Counted from the first letter of the whole stretch, positions 21,876 to 34,734 are shown. The stretch is DNA of 63,573 nt, filler included, from Craspedostauros australis (GCA_030167865.1; 25 parts of 25 records of this genome joined end to end with filler, not necessarily neighbours in it); one strand, 5' to 3'. A program made the numbers and translations. Notes: a model not told the origin generated them from the letters alone.

Positions 21876-23112
21876 TAGAGCTCCGACGTTGTCGCAGCCC
21901 ACCACCACTGCGCCAGCGGTGATGCCGTAGACTTCACAGACCGTAGCCACTATCACGAGAACTCCATACATACCCGCAAGCTCTGCTCGGTGGGACTGCA
22001 TGGTTCCGTCCGTAGCAGGTGCCAAGTTCGTTATCAGAAGCTGTGCCGTTTCGCCATTGCACTTTGCGAGGAGTACCGCGCCCGACGCGCCTGTACCGTT
22101 GGCCACAGACCCGTCGCTGCACGCCATGAGCGTACCTCGCTGGGCTGCCTTGGCCACTGTGTCCCAGCTGCCTTGAATTTCGTATCGCCGAACTGACCAT
22201 TTCTTCGACGATGGCAGCCTCACCAACGCTTCGTCCATGCCTACCGAGTTCGCTCGGTCGGGCTGGATTCCTTGCGCTGTATTCGTGATGATGAGCTGTG
22301 CTCCCTGCCAGTAGCCGTCGGCCACATGTGATGCCTCGTCTGCGTTCCCTTCCATGAGTTCGTAGGCCCGTCGCCTGCCCCGCTGTGGCACCCGTCGAAA
22401 CTGCTGCTGTGATAGCGGTAGGCTCACTCTGTCACTGGCTGGGTCCCAGAACACCTCCGGCCGTTGCGACGAGTACTCGTTCCAATCTCCCAGCGCTTGC
22501 CCCAACCTTGCCGACTGGGTGCGTGACGCTTGGAAGAGGCCTCGGATGGCTTGACTCCACAAGCGCCAACTTGCGCTGCCAATGCTTCCCACTGGCGGCC
22601 ACCGCATACAAGATTGCCGAAGAGGGATGCGACCTGGCTGTTCCGCCGCTGGGTGAAGATTGCGACCGTCCGCCGTGACGATGTCCGACATCCAAAATAC
22701 TTGCTTGGATATCCTGCATAGATTGACAATTCGCTCTGCTTGTTGCCCGAGCTTGAGGGCTTTGATGCGCACCATGATTGGCGCATCACTTTCTCGTGGG
22801 GCGTGCAGTATCCGGTTCTCCCACTGCACTGTAATGCCCACCCTCTTTGTCTCCAGCCACACAGCCTTCATCCAGGATTCCGACGCGAGATGGCTCCATG
22901 CGCTAGGCTCCATGCTCATCACATCCGGTACTCCGACTTGAATTGTCATCAACTCCACCAGAGTGTGCATGAGCTTTCCCGTCAGCGTGCTCCGCATCCA
23001 ATGCCGCGCTAGGGCTTCGAGATGTTTCGTTACTTGCACATAGTACAGGTGATGCACCTCCATGCCCAGCCCTTCTGACGGCCCGAATATGATCTTTCTC
23101 GACATGTTACGC
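21876..23112 (-). mobile_element. Non-LTR retrotransposon ORF fragment (post-RT region and start of RNase H), resembling the diatom Ambal-type LINEs
   Basis: IIFGPSEGLGM, SWMKAVW, VNLCR...VFWMSDIVTADG, ACSDGSV, SHRAELAG, GCDNVGAL. Confidence 0.85.
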
Positions 23113-23212
23113 NNNNNNNNNNNNNNNNNNNNNNNNNNNNNNNNNNNNNNNNNNNNTTAATTAATTAANNNNNNNNNNNNNNNNNNNNNNNNNNNNNNNN
23201 NNNNNNNNNNNN

Positions 23213-24384
23213 CGACGGGCCTACGAACTCATGGAAGGGAACGCAGACGAGGCATCACATGTGGCCGACGGCTACTGGCAGGGAGCACAGCTCATCATCA
23301 CGAATACAGCGCAAGGAATCCAGCCCGACCGAGCGAACTCGGTAGGCATGGACGAAGCGTTGGTGAGGCTGCCATCGTCGAAGAAATGGTCAGTTCGGCG
23401 ATACGAAATTCAAGGCAGCTGGGACACAGTGGCCAAGGCAGCCCAGCGAGGTACGCTCATGGCGTGCAGCGACGGGTCTGTGGCCAACGGTACAGGCGCG
23501 TCGGGCGCGGTACTCCTCGCAAAGTGCAATGGCGAAACGGCACAGCTTCTGATAACGAACTTGGCACCTGCTACGGACGGAACCATGCAGTCCCACCGAG
23601 CAGAGCTTGCGGGTATGTATGGAGTTCTCGTGATAGTGGCTACGGTCTGTGAAGTCTACGGCATCACCGCTGGCGCAGTGGTGGTGGGCTGCGACAACGT
23701 CGGAGCTCTACATGCCCTGGACCCGGAATGGAGCCTGTCACCCACGTCAACTGACGCCGATATGCTGCGGGCGGTAAGAAATCTCCGCCATGAAATATCC
23801 ATCCGAGTCAATGGGCGCCATGTTAAGGGGCATCAGGACGATCAAGCCAGCTGGAATTCCCTCGACCAATGGGCGCACATGAACATCATCGCGGACAAGT
23901 TGGCANCAGCAGCGAGGCTTTCGTTGCCAGCCTCGGCGGTCTATGGTGGCCATATACATGGAGAAAGAGTCTCGTTCACGAACCAAAGGAAGTTGACACG
24001 GATAGCATACAGGACAGTGGCGCACGCTCCAACATTCAGGGAATCGGTACAAGTGCTGGCATCCAGAAAGGTGGTGGATCAAGCCATACATGTGGCGTGG
24101 GACGCGGTAGGGACAGCTCTTCGGGAGCTCAGCTTCACCTGACGCCTGCTGACCGTCAAACTAATCACAGGAGAGGCTCCAATGGGGTCGCGAATGAAGC
24201 GGTGGGGTCTCAGGCAGTCAGATGCGTGTCCCAGCTGCGACGCACGAGAGGACGCGCAGCATTTCTGGCGATGCCCAGGAGAGGATCGCCGAGGAGTCGC
24301 ACGTCGTCATCTGAAGGACATTGGCAGGTGGCTCAGGCGATATCCTACAGCGCCGGGGGTCACTACTGTCATTCTGGCCATCCT
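23213..24384 (+). mobile_element. Same LINE: RNase H and C-terminal CCHC zinc finger, with an in-frame TGA at 24140-24142
   Basis: SDGS / RAELAG / CDN / HVKGHQDD / NIIADKLA. After the stop: CPSCDAREDAQHFWRC. 23213-23710 is the reverse complement of 21876-22373. Confidence 0.88.
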
Positions 24385-24484
24385 NNNNNNNNNNNNNNNN
24401 NNNNNNNNNNNNNNNNNNNNNNNNNNNNTTAATTAATTAANNNNNNNNNNNNNNNNNNNNNNNNNNNNNNNNNNNNNNNNNNNN

Positions 24485-26135
24485 TGGTGTCCATGGGGAT
24501 CTTGGCATCTTCGATCTGCTGTCACATCTGTTGCTGGACGTGCTCGGTCTCGGATCATGCCTATCAAGGGACGCTCTCGTCATTCGTGCTGGCGGTGGGC
24601 TTGGAGAAGGGGGAAGGTGTTGCGGAAGATGATGAAGCAGCCTCTCATGGTATCACGCTTGATGCCGCTACCATGGTTGATGTTGTCGTCGTTGCCGGTG
24701 AGGCAGTAGGCACAGTTGCCAAAGTATTGCTGCAGGATGGGATCTTGTTCCATTGTGTTCGTTTGGTCGCCGCTACTTCTGCTGCTACTACTCCCGCTGC
24801 TACTGTCGCTGTCCTCTTTGGCGACATCCTGAATGGCGTGCCGGATGCGGATGCCAGAGTACACAGCCACCGAATTGCGTTTGTTGCCTGCTGAAGACCG
24901 CACATTGCCATCACCACTGCCATTACCATTGCCGGCACCAGCGCCGTTGATGTACTGCTTGATGATGATGCCAATGCCACTCCAGCCCATCACAATATCA
25001 TGCCAGTACGGCCCTTCCCTCGTTCCATCTTCAAATGCGAGATGGGTGGCATCTCACTCTGCCGTATTTGACATTCCACATCCAACACCTGCTTGCTGAG
25101 ATGCACGGGCGTCACCTCCAGCTCCTCCATCAGCTTCTCCTGCAGCGCCTCCTACAAGGCTCACCGCATGATGGAGGCTGGTCCGCCATGACCTCGCCAT
25201 CCTCCTGGATCAGCGCTTTCGTCGTGACGTCACTCCGCATCCATAATCATCTGTCTGAGATTGAAGTGCAGCAGCTGGACCTCCTCGTTGGATGAGATCG
25301 AGCTGGTGGTCTTGGATCGCACGGTCATCAATAGCAGCGCGACATCGGCCACCGCACGCTGTATGCTGCACACTGCACGCTGCAGTGACAGTGACGGATA
25401 GATCTGCTTCAGCACTGCCACGTTGTCATGCCGCTGTTGAGCTGCGCGCCCGCAGCTGCGACGACGTCCAATTCTGCTCTCGCATCGGAGCATGTCACAT
25501 CAATGATGTGTGCCATGATGTGTGCAATGTTGTCCGCAGTGGTATTGATATTGTTGTAATCAATGTCGCCAGCCTGATCACTGTCGCCAGCCTGATCACT
25601 GTCGCCATTGACATCGTCGTCATCGCTGCCCTTGCTGTCGCCGTTTCTCTCGTACTAATGTGGTCCAACGACAAAGGCCAACGATTCTTGTTGCTAGAAT
25701 GGTCTCAGTCGTTTCTGTCCTGCGATCTGAACCTTCAACGTCAGCCGCACAAATGGCATGGCACATTCATTGGATTAGAACGAGTCGATGACATCCAATA
25801 TGGCAGTCATCTCATTCTCTGCATTCAGCACCAACGGACAGCCACAAGCGATGGGTTCCATGATGCTGTGCCCTGGACTGCAAGCCAACTGCAAGCCGTC
25901 ATGAGAGCTGCTGGTGGCAAGCACCACTGCATTTGCTTGGATAGAATCGTGCGGATCGTCTCCAACATGAAGGATGAAATCGCCATCATCGAGTGGATCC
26001 ATTGCGGTCACTATCCAATTTGTGAGTACCTGGAGTTTAGTGGACGTGTCGCTATCCTCCACATCCTCGGTGCTGCCATCGGTATTGTCGGCACTGGTGT
26101 TCAGTCTTTCGGTCAACGCGTCACCCAGAGGTTGC
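24485..26135 (-). pseudogene. Decayed coding-like sequence with stops and frameshifts; weak BTB-like fragment at about 25900-26010
   Basis: DGDFILHVGDDPHDSIQANAVVLA resembles the BTB start ADIVFLCGQGDRQQPIKANSGVL. No intact minus-strand ORF. Confidence 0.3.
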
Positions 26136-26235
26136 NNNNNNNNNNNNNNNNNNNNNNNNNNNNNNNNNNNNNNNNNNNNTTAATTAATTAANNNNNNNNN
26201 NNNNNNNNNNNNNNNNNNNNNNNNNNNNNNNNNNN

Positions 26236-26863
26236 GGATGCCCCTCATGTTCCACTTGTTCGACATCATGCGCGTCAATACTTGGATTGCATTCAATCAC
26301 CTGGCAAGAGAGCAAGATCAATTGGGGAGCAAGGCATTCATGATCGAGATGATTGAGGCTCTGGTCCGCAAAGGGAATGAAGCAGATTTGATGGCAACAA
26401 GGGCAAGCCACCAGAGAGTCCCACACACCATTCGAACAAGGAATCGGATGAGCTCCTGCTCTCCAAAGCTGCCCAGATCGAGGTTGGAGGGGAGATTTGA
26501 AGATCACAAGGAGATCATCAGCAGGGACAGAAGCCAGAAGACTTGCAGATACTGTTCTTACCTTAAAGCAAAAGCAAAGCTCGAAGGCAGGCCAGCACAT
26601 GAACCAAGCAGAGTCAGAAGGATGTGCAGTGTGTGTGGAATCCATGTCTGTAAGCTGCACTGGAATGTATTTCATGGGAAGGATGATGAGAGTACAATCA
26701 ACTCTGACAAAAGTGAACTGACCATTACAGTCTAAAATCCAGTTTAGAGAAAAGTACAGAACTAGTTTTTATACGTAGGACATGGTAAGAAAAAGCCGTA
26801 GAAATCTAACACGGAGGCTTTATAATGGATCTGACAGATCCTTTATGGCTGGTCCAGTAAGGG
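26236..26863 (+). mobile_element. piggyBac-like transposon 3' end: transposase C-terminus (to 26735) and terminus ...CCAGTAAGGG
   Basis: PLMFHLFDIMRVNTWI (end of DDD core), Cys-rich domain CRYC...CSVCGIHVCKLHWNVFH, subterminal palindrome GGATCTGACAGATCC, GGG terminus. Confidence 0.8.
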
Positions 26864-27225
26864 ATATGCTCCTCAGATCCTTTCACTACAACATACCTCG
26901 ATTCCCTCCATGCCAATGACTACTGCACTACTGCTGTAGTCCTGACGTGTATATCCAACCTGCTTCAACTCAAGCAAGGGAATCTAAGAGTGAGCTCCAG
27001 CCACTGCCATTGCTTCATGACTGCCACCATTGAGTGTCATGAACTGCACTGCAGTCTATCTACATGTGAGGAGAGCAAGGAACTGCAATAATTGCCTACC
27101 CTCAAGCACTGAACCAAGTACATCAGTGCAGGGTCCCATCAAGCTGTGTGACATCGTTTCTTCACCCTACCAACACTATAAGCTAAATCATCATCAACAG
27201 ACAAGTATTAGCTACAAATATCAAG
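26864..27225 (+). repeat. Repeat family C (possibly LTR-derived), partial copy
   Basis: Colinear with 54725-55080 (CACTACAACATACCTCGATTCC, GCTTCAACTCAAGCAA, CATCAGTGCAGGGTC, CATCGTTTCTTCACCCTAC). Confidence 0.8.
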
Positions 27226-27242
27226 ATGTCCATGTGAGTATA

Positions 27243-28007
27243 TGTCGAGATGTATGTGAATATGTGCATCGTTCACCCGTTATTCTCTCATACGCACTTG
27301 GACGGTACAACGACATTCGTGTCAATAGTATGCTGTGATTCGTCAGAATCACAGTGGAAATGGAACACACGAAACCGAGCAGAATTTCTGGAGGAAATTT
27401 GCAATCAACGATTTCTGAGAGAATTGGAAATATCGTCCGTCCATCCATCAATGGTACCAAGAGAATCTCGAGGTACTTCCCAACTAAACCTCAGATGACA
27501 ATATCATCTGACAGACTACTGCATCACCAATGGAACGTGACATCTGGAGAGCAGAAGGACGCCTACTGATGTTGACAGGATGTCATTGTGTCACCATGTC
27601 GACATCTGTCTCCATATCAGAGCAGGAGACAAAGATCCGATGACCCATGAAGATCATGGATACTGAAGGTGAACTTCAAATGGTAAGTACTCATGGAGTA
27701 GGAACCAGTACTGAACGAACGGAGTATCGAATGTGGAGTACACATCAAACACGAAGTATCATGTAGTACAAATGCATGATGTTAAGAGAGAGAGAGAGAA
27801 TACGAAGAGTAGCGAGAGAGCATCTCGCACACCGACTCATAGTCAGAGACTGTATCTACGAAACAGACAAACACGCCAAGAGCATCGGGCAAGAGAGAGG
27901 ACACTGAGAGGATCAGAGTACTGATGTAATGAAATAGCAAACAGAACGACTATCAACCAACACCATCTTCCACGATCGTGGGCTTCAGTGAGCGGAACTT
28001 GCCAACA
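27243..28007 (+). mobile_element. Solo LTR, family A (about 765 bp, TG...CCAACA)
   Basis: 3' half matches the LTR before gag at 48240-48806. 5' end matches the reverse complement ending at 34734. No clean TSD. Confidence 0.8.
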
Positions 28008-30511
28008 CATACTCTGCTCTCCTTCAAAGGTGCTCAGCGTCAATCATTATCGCTATCATCATCAGCATTGTTATAATAAGTGATGTTATCTTGCATGGAG
28101 CACTTCACACCACTCTACTTTACTTCACCACTATGTCCAACTTCATTACCACCACCATCTCACTCTTCGTTGATCATGTTTGTTCTACTGTTGCTTGTTG
28201 CTTGTTCATGATGGCGAGTGTTACGTGACGTGGATCGTCGGTTGGATGATGCTGACGACAATATCTTGCAGCGCAGGGGCGGCGTACCCATGGATCTGTT
28301 CGCCGAAGGCTCGTCTTCTGTGCCTTCGTTCTACCATGCAACGCTCGGCTTCTTGCCTGGAGCGCACAAACTGAGAGCAAGAGGAGCAGTCGCCGTTGCG
28401 CACCCCACGGCTGCTGGAGGTACTCGTCGTGCGTTCGAAGTTTCGGTTCAACATCGCGCGCTGACGCAACGGTGGAGGTGATTTCGGTGCGTCCAAGGGC
28501 GCGAAATCGTTCCTGGAGGCCGAACGTGATCTAACAGATGTCGAATGCGAGGTAAATCTGGAACGATGCTATCGACGCCCAGTGGCATTGATCTTGCAGC
28601 GACGGACGCAGCTGGATGAGTCGAGTTCTGTGACGATTGTGACGGTGAAAGCCGATCGCTTTCGTTTCACTCGTTTGGTAGATCGATGTGGGCTCGCCGG
28701 CCGCTTGTCGACGAGCTGCTCATGCTGTGGAAGATGCTGATGTTCAAGGAGGTTGGAGATTTCTGGTTGTCCGACATGTTTTGCATTCACAGCTTACATG
28801 GTAGTATTGTACGTAGTCGTAGTTATCTTGCTCATCCCTCAAGGGGATCGTTTCAAGCATGTCCAGTGATGACTGATTGAACGAATACTCACCATTGCAG
28901 GCTAATTCGTTCATGTTGGCGGCATTGTTGCAGTGAGCTATTGTAGTTGTAAACAACGGCGTGCACCATTTGGAGCTGCTCGAGGGTGACTCCATGACTC
29001 CCATGAGGATAGTGAAGACGGAGTTGACCAAGGAAGAGAGGGGGTGTTTCTGGAGGCTGTGGTGCCATCGGGGCCGACAAGGGTGATCATTCCGTGAAGC
29101 ACCAGAGTCCACTGAGCTGACGCTTGTCTCTCTCTCTCTTGCATCGTTCTTGGCCGATCATGCTGCTGCTGTTGGTGTTGCTCTTGTTTGTGATGTGGGT
29201 GCTGTGCATGATATTCATTGATTTGCTGAGTTGCTTGCGTCTGAGTTGTTGGTGATTCTGATGCAGATGCTGATTTGTGAGAGGAGGACTGACGGGAACG
29301 AAGAGACTTGAAGATCTCGCACGATGAGGACGCCACAAGATGGATGGGGATTCATCGCCAATGCTGAGAGTAGCAGCCATATACATTTGAACACCCTGGC
29401 GCGATCGTTTGGATGTTGCACAGGCGTTCGCCAAGAGCAATCGATCTGGTTTGGCATCTTCAGGGACGTTGCAGGTTCTCAACTGCGACAGCACCTCCTG
29501 TTGTGGGGGGACCATTTGTGTTGTGGTTGCAAGCATCCGTGGATGCTGGTGCTCTTGTCTATTGATGGCTCATGGGACAACCACTGTGGCAATATGAGTG
29601 ATGGAATGCTGGAGTATTGGCATATGGAAATGGGGGATCATCCTATCCCTCCATCATCAGGAGCGCCGATGACTCGCTGGTCAAACTTGTTGGGAACACG
29701 ATCGTTCATTTCAGCGCCTTCATACGTACTCGTAGTAGTACAATGCATCGCGCATTTCCCATGTGCGGTTCTCAGGCAACCATGTTGCCGATTGGACTCC
29801 TTGGGGGATACGCGTACATCGTGACGTGCGATGGTTGCAATTGAGATTGTGATCATCTTGGTGTTCTCCCCATCGCATCATCGCTGTTGGCGTCATCATC
29901 ACTTTCGTGGTCGTTTCGAGTTGACGATCAGTCCTTCTCGTTTGAACGCCTTTCTGACGTGTCCTTCTCATGAAAGAAGCTAATAAAGTACTTCATTGAC
30001 ACACAGAATTCGTGAAATTGGGAACATCTCGGCACACGCAAAAGTGGTGAAGTGAGAATCCACGATTCCCATTTGCGGTGTTCTCGTGTTCGCAACGGCG
30101 ATCTTGTGGGGGTGTGTCGTGTTCTGTTCCTTCTTCTCGTTGTTGTGTGCGCCAGTTCGCAGTCAGCAAAAGGAAGGATCCCCACTCTCCGCACAGCGCT
30201 GGTCCCTCTCCCAAACCAGGGTGCGATCAAGAAGCAGACAAACAGAGAAACGAGGAGAGAAACGGGAGAACATTGAAACGAGGCAACCGCACACACCGCT
30301 CAACCCCATACTCCAACACATCAACAACAGACATCGAACTGCCACTCATATTCATCACACAGTGCATGGTACTCACGCAAATACAAGGTAGCACAGACAC
30401 ACCATCGATATCTCTGCCATAGATAGCTCGAACTTCGCACTTCCTCGACAGCCAATCCAACACCAATCGTCCAACGTCAATCGTCGAGCAACCATCGACC
30501 ATCCTCTCACA

Positions 30512-33234
30512 ATGCAGAGTGTTACAAACAAACAACTCCTTTGGGCTGCCGAGGCAGGTGACTTGTCAGTGTTAAAGGAATGGAACAAGCAGAACAAGAC
30601 ACGGAACGAAGGAGTTGATGTCAACTGCGAAGACGACTATGGTCGGTCTCCTCTTCATAAGGCATGCTTACGTGGCCACCTGGAGTGTGTGAAGTACCTC
30701 ATCGAATCATGTGGGGCGAACATCAACTGCAAAGACGACGATGGCTGGACTCCCCTTCATTGGACATGCAATAGCAGCCAGCTGCAATGTGCCAAGTACC
30801 TCATCGAATCATGTGAGGCGAACATTGACAGCAAAACCAGCGATGGTTTCACTCCCCTTCATTTTGCATGCCGCAGCAGCCACCTTGAGTGTGCGAAGTA
30901 CCTCATCGAATCATGCAAGGCAAACATCAACGGCAAAACCAGCAATGGTTCCACTCCCCTTCATTGGGCATGCCGGAACGGTCAGCTGGAGTGGGCTGAG
31001 CACATCATCAAATCCTGCGGGGCGAACATCAACTGCAAAGACAACAATGGTTCCACTCCCCTTCATTGGGCATGCCGCAGCGGCCAGCTGGAGTGTGCGA
31101 AGTACCTCATCGAATCATGTGGCGCGAACATCAATGGCCAAAACAACCATGGTTGGACTCCCCTTCATTGGGCATGCCGCATCGGCCAGCTGGAGTGTGT
31201 GAAGCACCTCATCGAATCATGCGGGGCGAACATCAACTGCAAAGACGACAATGATTCCACTCCCCTCCATCACACATTCATGGATGGCCAGCTAGAGTGT
31301 GTGAAGTACCTCATCGAATCATGTGGAGCGAACATCAACTGCAAAGACAACAATGATTCCACTCCCCTTCATTGGGCTTGCCACAACGGCCATCTGGAGT
31401 GTATCGAGTACCTCATCGAATCATGTGGGGCGAACATCAACTGCCAAAACAACCATGGTGACACTCCCCTTCATTGTGCATGCCGCTATGACCAGCTGGA
31501 GTGTATCGAGTACCTCATCAAAGCATGTGGGGCCAATGCCAATTGCGAAGACGACGATCGTGACACTCCCCTTCATTTTGCATGCTGCATCGGCCAGCTG
31601 GAGTGTGTGAAATACCTCATTGAATCATTTGAGGCGAACATCAACTGCGAAGACAACCATGGCTTCACTCCCCTTCAATATGCACACTGCAGCGACGAGC
31701 TGAAGTGTATCGATTACCTTGTCAAATCATGTGGGGCGAACATCAACGGCAAAACCAGCGATGGTTTCACTCCCCTTCATTTTGCATGCCCCAGCGGCCA
31801 CCTGGAGTGTGTGAAGTACCTCATCGAATCATGTGGGGCCAACGCCAATGGCGAAGATGACGATTGTGACACTCCCCTTCATCTTGCATGCTGCATCGGC
31901 CAGCTGGAGTGTGTGAAATACCTCATCGAATCATTTGAGGCGAACATCAACTGCGAAGACAACCATGGCTTCACTCCCCTTCAATATGCACACTGCAGCG
32001 ACGAGCTGAAGTGTATCGATTACCTTGTCAAATCATGTGAAGCGGACATCAACTGCAAAACCAGCGATGGTTTCACTCCCATTCATTTTGCATTTGGCAG
32101 CGGCCACCTTGAGTGTGTGAAGTACCTCATCAAATCATGTGGGGCCAACGCCAATGGCGAAGACGACGATCGTGACACTCCCCTTCATTATGCATGCCGC
32201 AACGGCAAGTTGGAGTGTATCGAGTCCCTCATTGGAGGAGTTTCGCCTTCAGCTTACCCACAACTGCAACAACGCTCGCAACAAAACGAGCAAGAGAATG
32301 AACAACTGCAGCAACAGTTGAAGCTAAAGGAACACAAGAATGAACAACTGCAACAACAGTTGAGAAAGCAGTTGAAACGGAAGAAGCAAGAGAATGAACA
32401 CAAACACGGCAACCACAAGAGGACCAAAATCAACAGTGGAGAAGACTGGCTCAGATCCTTCCGAACCAAGAACAGGGCAGACACCATCTTTTGTATGGAC
32501 AGGGCGACGACCAGCCACCAATCAAGGCAAACATCGAAGTCCTCATGGTCACCGTCCCATCCATTCAGACACTGATCAACTCTGGAATCCAACATCAGAA
32601 GGCGAATGATGGCACTGAAGACCGCACGGCCCCCATGCAATCAGCCATCTCTCTTCCCAACTTTCAATCAAAACACGTTCGACATGTCCTCCAATACATC
32701 TACACAGGCGAGATATCGTTCGACAGCAACACTCATGACGACACTGACAATGATGATGCAAATCAGCCAACTCCCACCCTCAATGGACAGGACGATCTGC
32801 AACAGCTGATCCTTGTGGCCAACGAGTTCGGCTTCTGGCGACTCAAGCTTGTTCTTGAAGCGGAGTTGGCCCGCAAGCATCTCACAGAGGACACCATGAT
32901 AGACGCATTGATTTTTGCCGATCAACACAACTGCGTGGTGTTGAAGGATATGGCGGTGAGAATGGCAGCTGAAAGTGAGAAAGATATGTTCACTCATCTA
33001 GATTTAAGCAAGCTGATTCTACAACCCCAACTGATGACGGAGATCCAGGTGTTTTGCAGTGGGAGAGCCAAGAGTGAGGGTATTGATGATGAGTACAGCC
33101 GTATGTCCATGATGGAGCTGCACAACGTTGTCGATGAGGATGAGGGTACAGCACAAGTGGATTCATTCATGGATTGGGCAACATTGGTGGACTTCGTCCG
33201 CTCCATGAGAACCAGCTCTATGAGAACCAATTGA
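30512..33234 (+). CDS. Ankyrin-repeat (16 x 34 aa), coiled coil and BTB/POZ protein, split by a 1-nt frameshift at 32489-32492
   Basis: 102-bp repeats TPLH.AC..G.LECVKYLIESCGANINC. Adding one T gives ADTIFLYGQGDDQPPIKAN, matching the paralogue ADIVFLCGQGDRQQPIKAN. The block LQQLILVANEFGFWRLKLVLEAELARKHLT is shared. Confidence 0.88.
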
Positions 33235-33817
33235 TCCAAAGTGATTGTGGTGGACGGCACTGCCGAGGAAGAGGAGTGAAGTGTCAGACCATACCAAATC
33301 ATAACAGCAGTCTTCGAGAAGTGAACGCATGACAGAATTGAGTTGATGGATAAAAATAGTTGTCAGAATAGTCATTAGGACAATAACTGTGTGAAAGGAA
33401 CTGGAGCAACTTGAGATCCAATCATTGAATGGTGCGTCCGCCATGCCTTCACTGTCGCCTTTGGTGATGTGCACAGCATGCTGCTCTGCATGCTGCTCCA
33501 TGCAGTCCCGTATCGTTCGCAGCACGGTCTGGCTAATCCGCGAGATACGCATGGTCTTCTGTGCATGAATTGCAGATGATCCCGGTTGGTGTAAGGCACG
33601 TTTGGTGTGCAGCATCATTGGCCAATGCGACATGAAGACGATGGTTCAGCCACCGCTGTCATCGTGGTTGTCATGCCAATCATATGATTTCCGCGTTCGT
33701 TGGTGTCAATGATGTGGAAGGAGCTGCGTGGGAAACGATGGCGGACCCCGCGGGCATCATACATGGCTTGTAGGAATCGAGTCCAACTTGATGAAGTGGA
33801 GCCTATTGCGACTGTCA

Positions 33818-33822
33818 GCTTG

Positions 33823-33854
<32 letters not shown>

Positions 33855-33864
33855 GGTGGTGGTG
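33818..33864. repeat. Compound microsatellite, about (TTG)7(GTG)8
   Basis: Read directly. Confidence 0.9.
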
Positions 33865-34224
33865 CAGTTCGTGCATGATGTCGTGCAAGGCACACGCGTA
33901 TGCCAGCAGCTGCATGGTTTCGTTGTGGTCGACAAAGATAACGAGCAATGGGAGAAGTCGCCGACATCATTACACACAATTTCTTTCATCTGTGGATGGG
34001 ACGAGACAGTGCCTCTGTCTCATCGTTTGGGGTTTGTGGCAGCGACGCGTCGCTTTGAGCATCGGTATGAACAAGCGTGGCTAGTTGTGGTGCGTGCTGT
34101 GGAAACTGAGGAACATCTCCGAACNNNNNNNNNNNNNNNNNNNNNNNNNNNNNNNNNNNNNNNNNNNNTTAATTAATTAANNNNNNNNNNNNNNNNNNNN
34201 NNNNNNNNNNNNNNNNNNNNNNNN

Positions 34225-34734
34225 CTACTCTGTGAGTATTCGCCAATGTCTCATCTGAACTCCTCCTTGCATATCCACAATCTTGATGTCACTTGGTCAT
34301 TGAATCTTTGCCTTCTTGATCTGATGTGGAGACAGATGTTGATGTGGTGACATGATGACATCCTGTTGATGCCAGCTGTTGTCTTCCATGATCCTTCAGA
34401 TTCCATATTCCATCGATGATGCAGTGGTATGGCGAGGATATCATCATTTGAGGTTTAGTTATGAAATACATCGATCCTTGCTCGATGTCATGCATTTCTG
34501 TTAGTTGATGGACAGACTGCATTCCTGATGCTCTCAGAAATGATTGTTCACAAATGTCCTTCCGAAATTCTGATTTTTTGTGTGTGCCGATTTTGTGATG
34601 TGATTTCGATCAACCACAGATCATTCACAGATCAATCACAGATCACTCACGACACAAATGTTTGCGCCGCTTGTGCGTAGATCATACAAGAACAATGGGT
34701 GAGCAATGCACATACACATATGTACATTCCAACA
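34225..34734 (-). mobile_element. LTR family A partial copy abutting or inserted in a Copia RT
   Basis: Reverse complement begins TGTTGGAATGTACATATGTG and contains ACTAAACCTCAAATGA and ACATCTGTCTCCACATCAGATCAAGAAGGCAAAGAT as in 48240-48806. Confidence 0.8.

Noticed and set aside
21876..23710. Inverted duplication of the LINE RNase H
   Set aside because: 498-bp contig overlap across a linker
24140..24142. Programmed TGA readthrough in the LINE
   Set aside because: A CGA>TGA deamination is the simpler explanation
24900..25160. EAF6-like or methyltransferase-like pseudogene on the minus strand
   Set aside because: Only faint resemblance across frameshifts; cannot be supported without a search
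28010..30500. Short ORFs between LTR A and the ANK-BTB gene
   Set aside because: No recognisable motifs; probably decayed or intergenic sequence
30640..32230. Diversity-generating retroelement acting on the ankyrin repeats
   Set aside because: No template repeat or DGR RT, and variation does not appear limited to adenines
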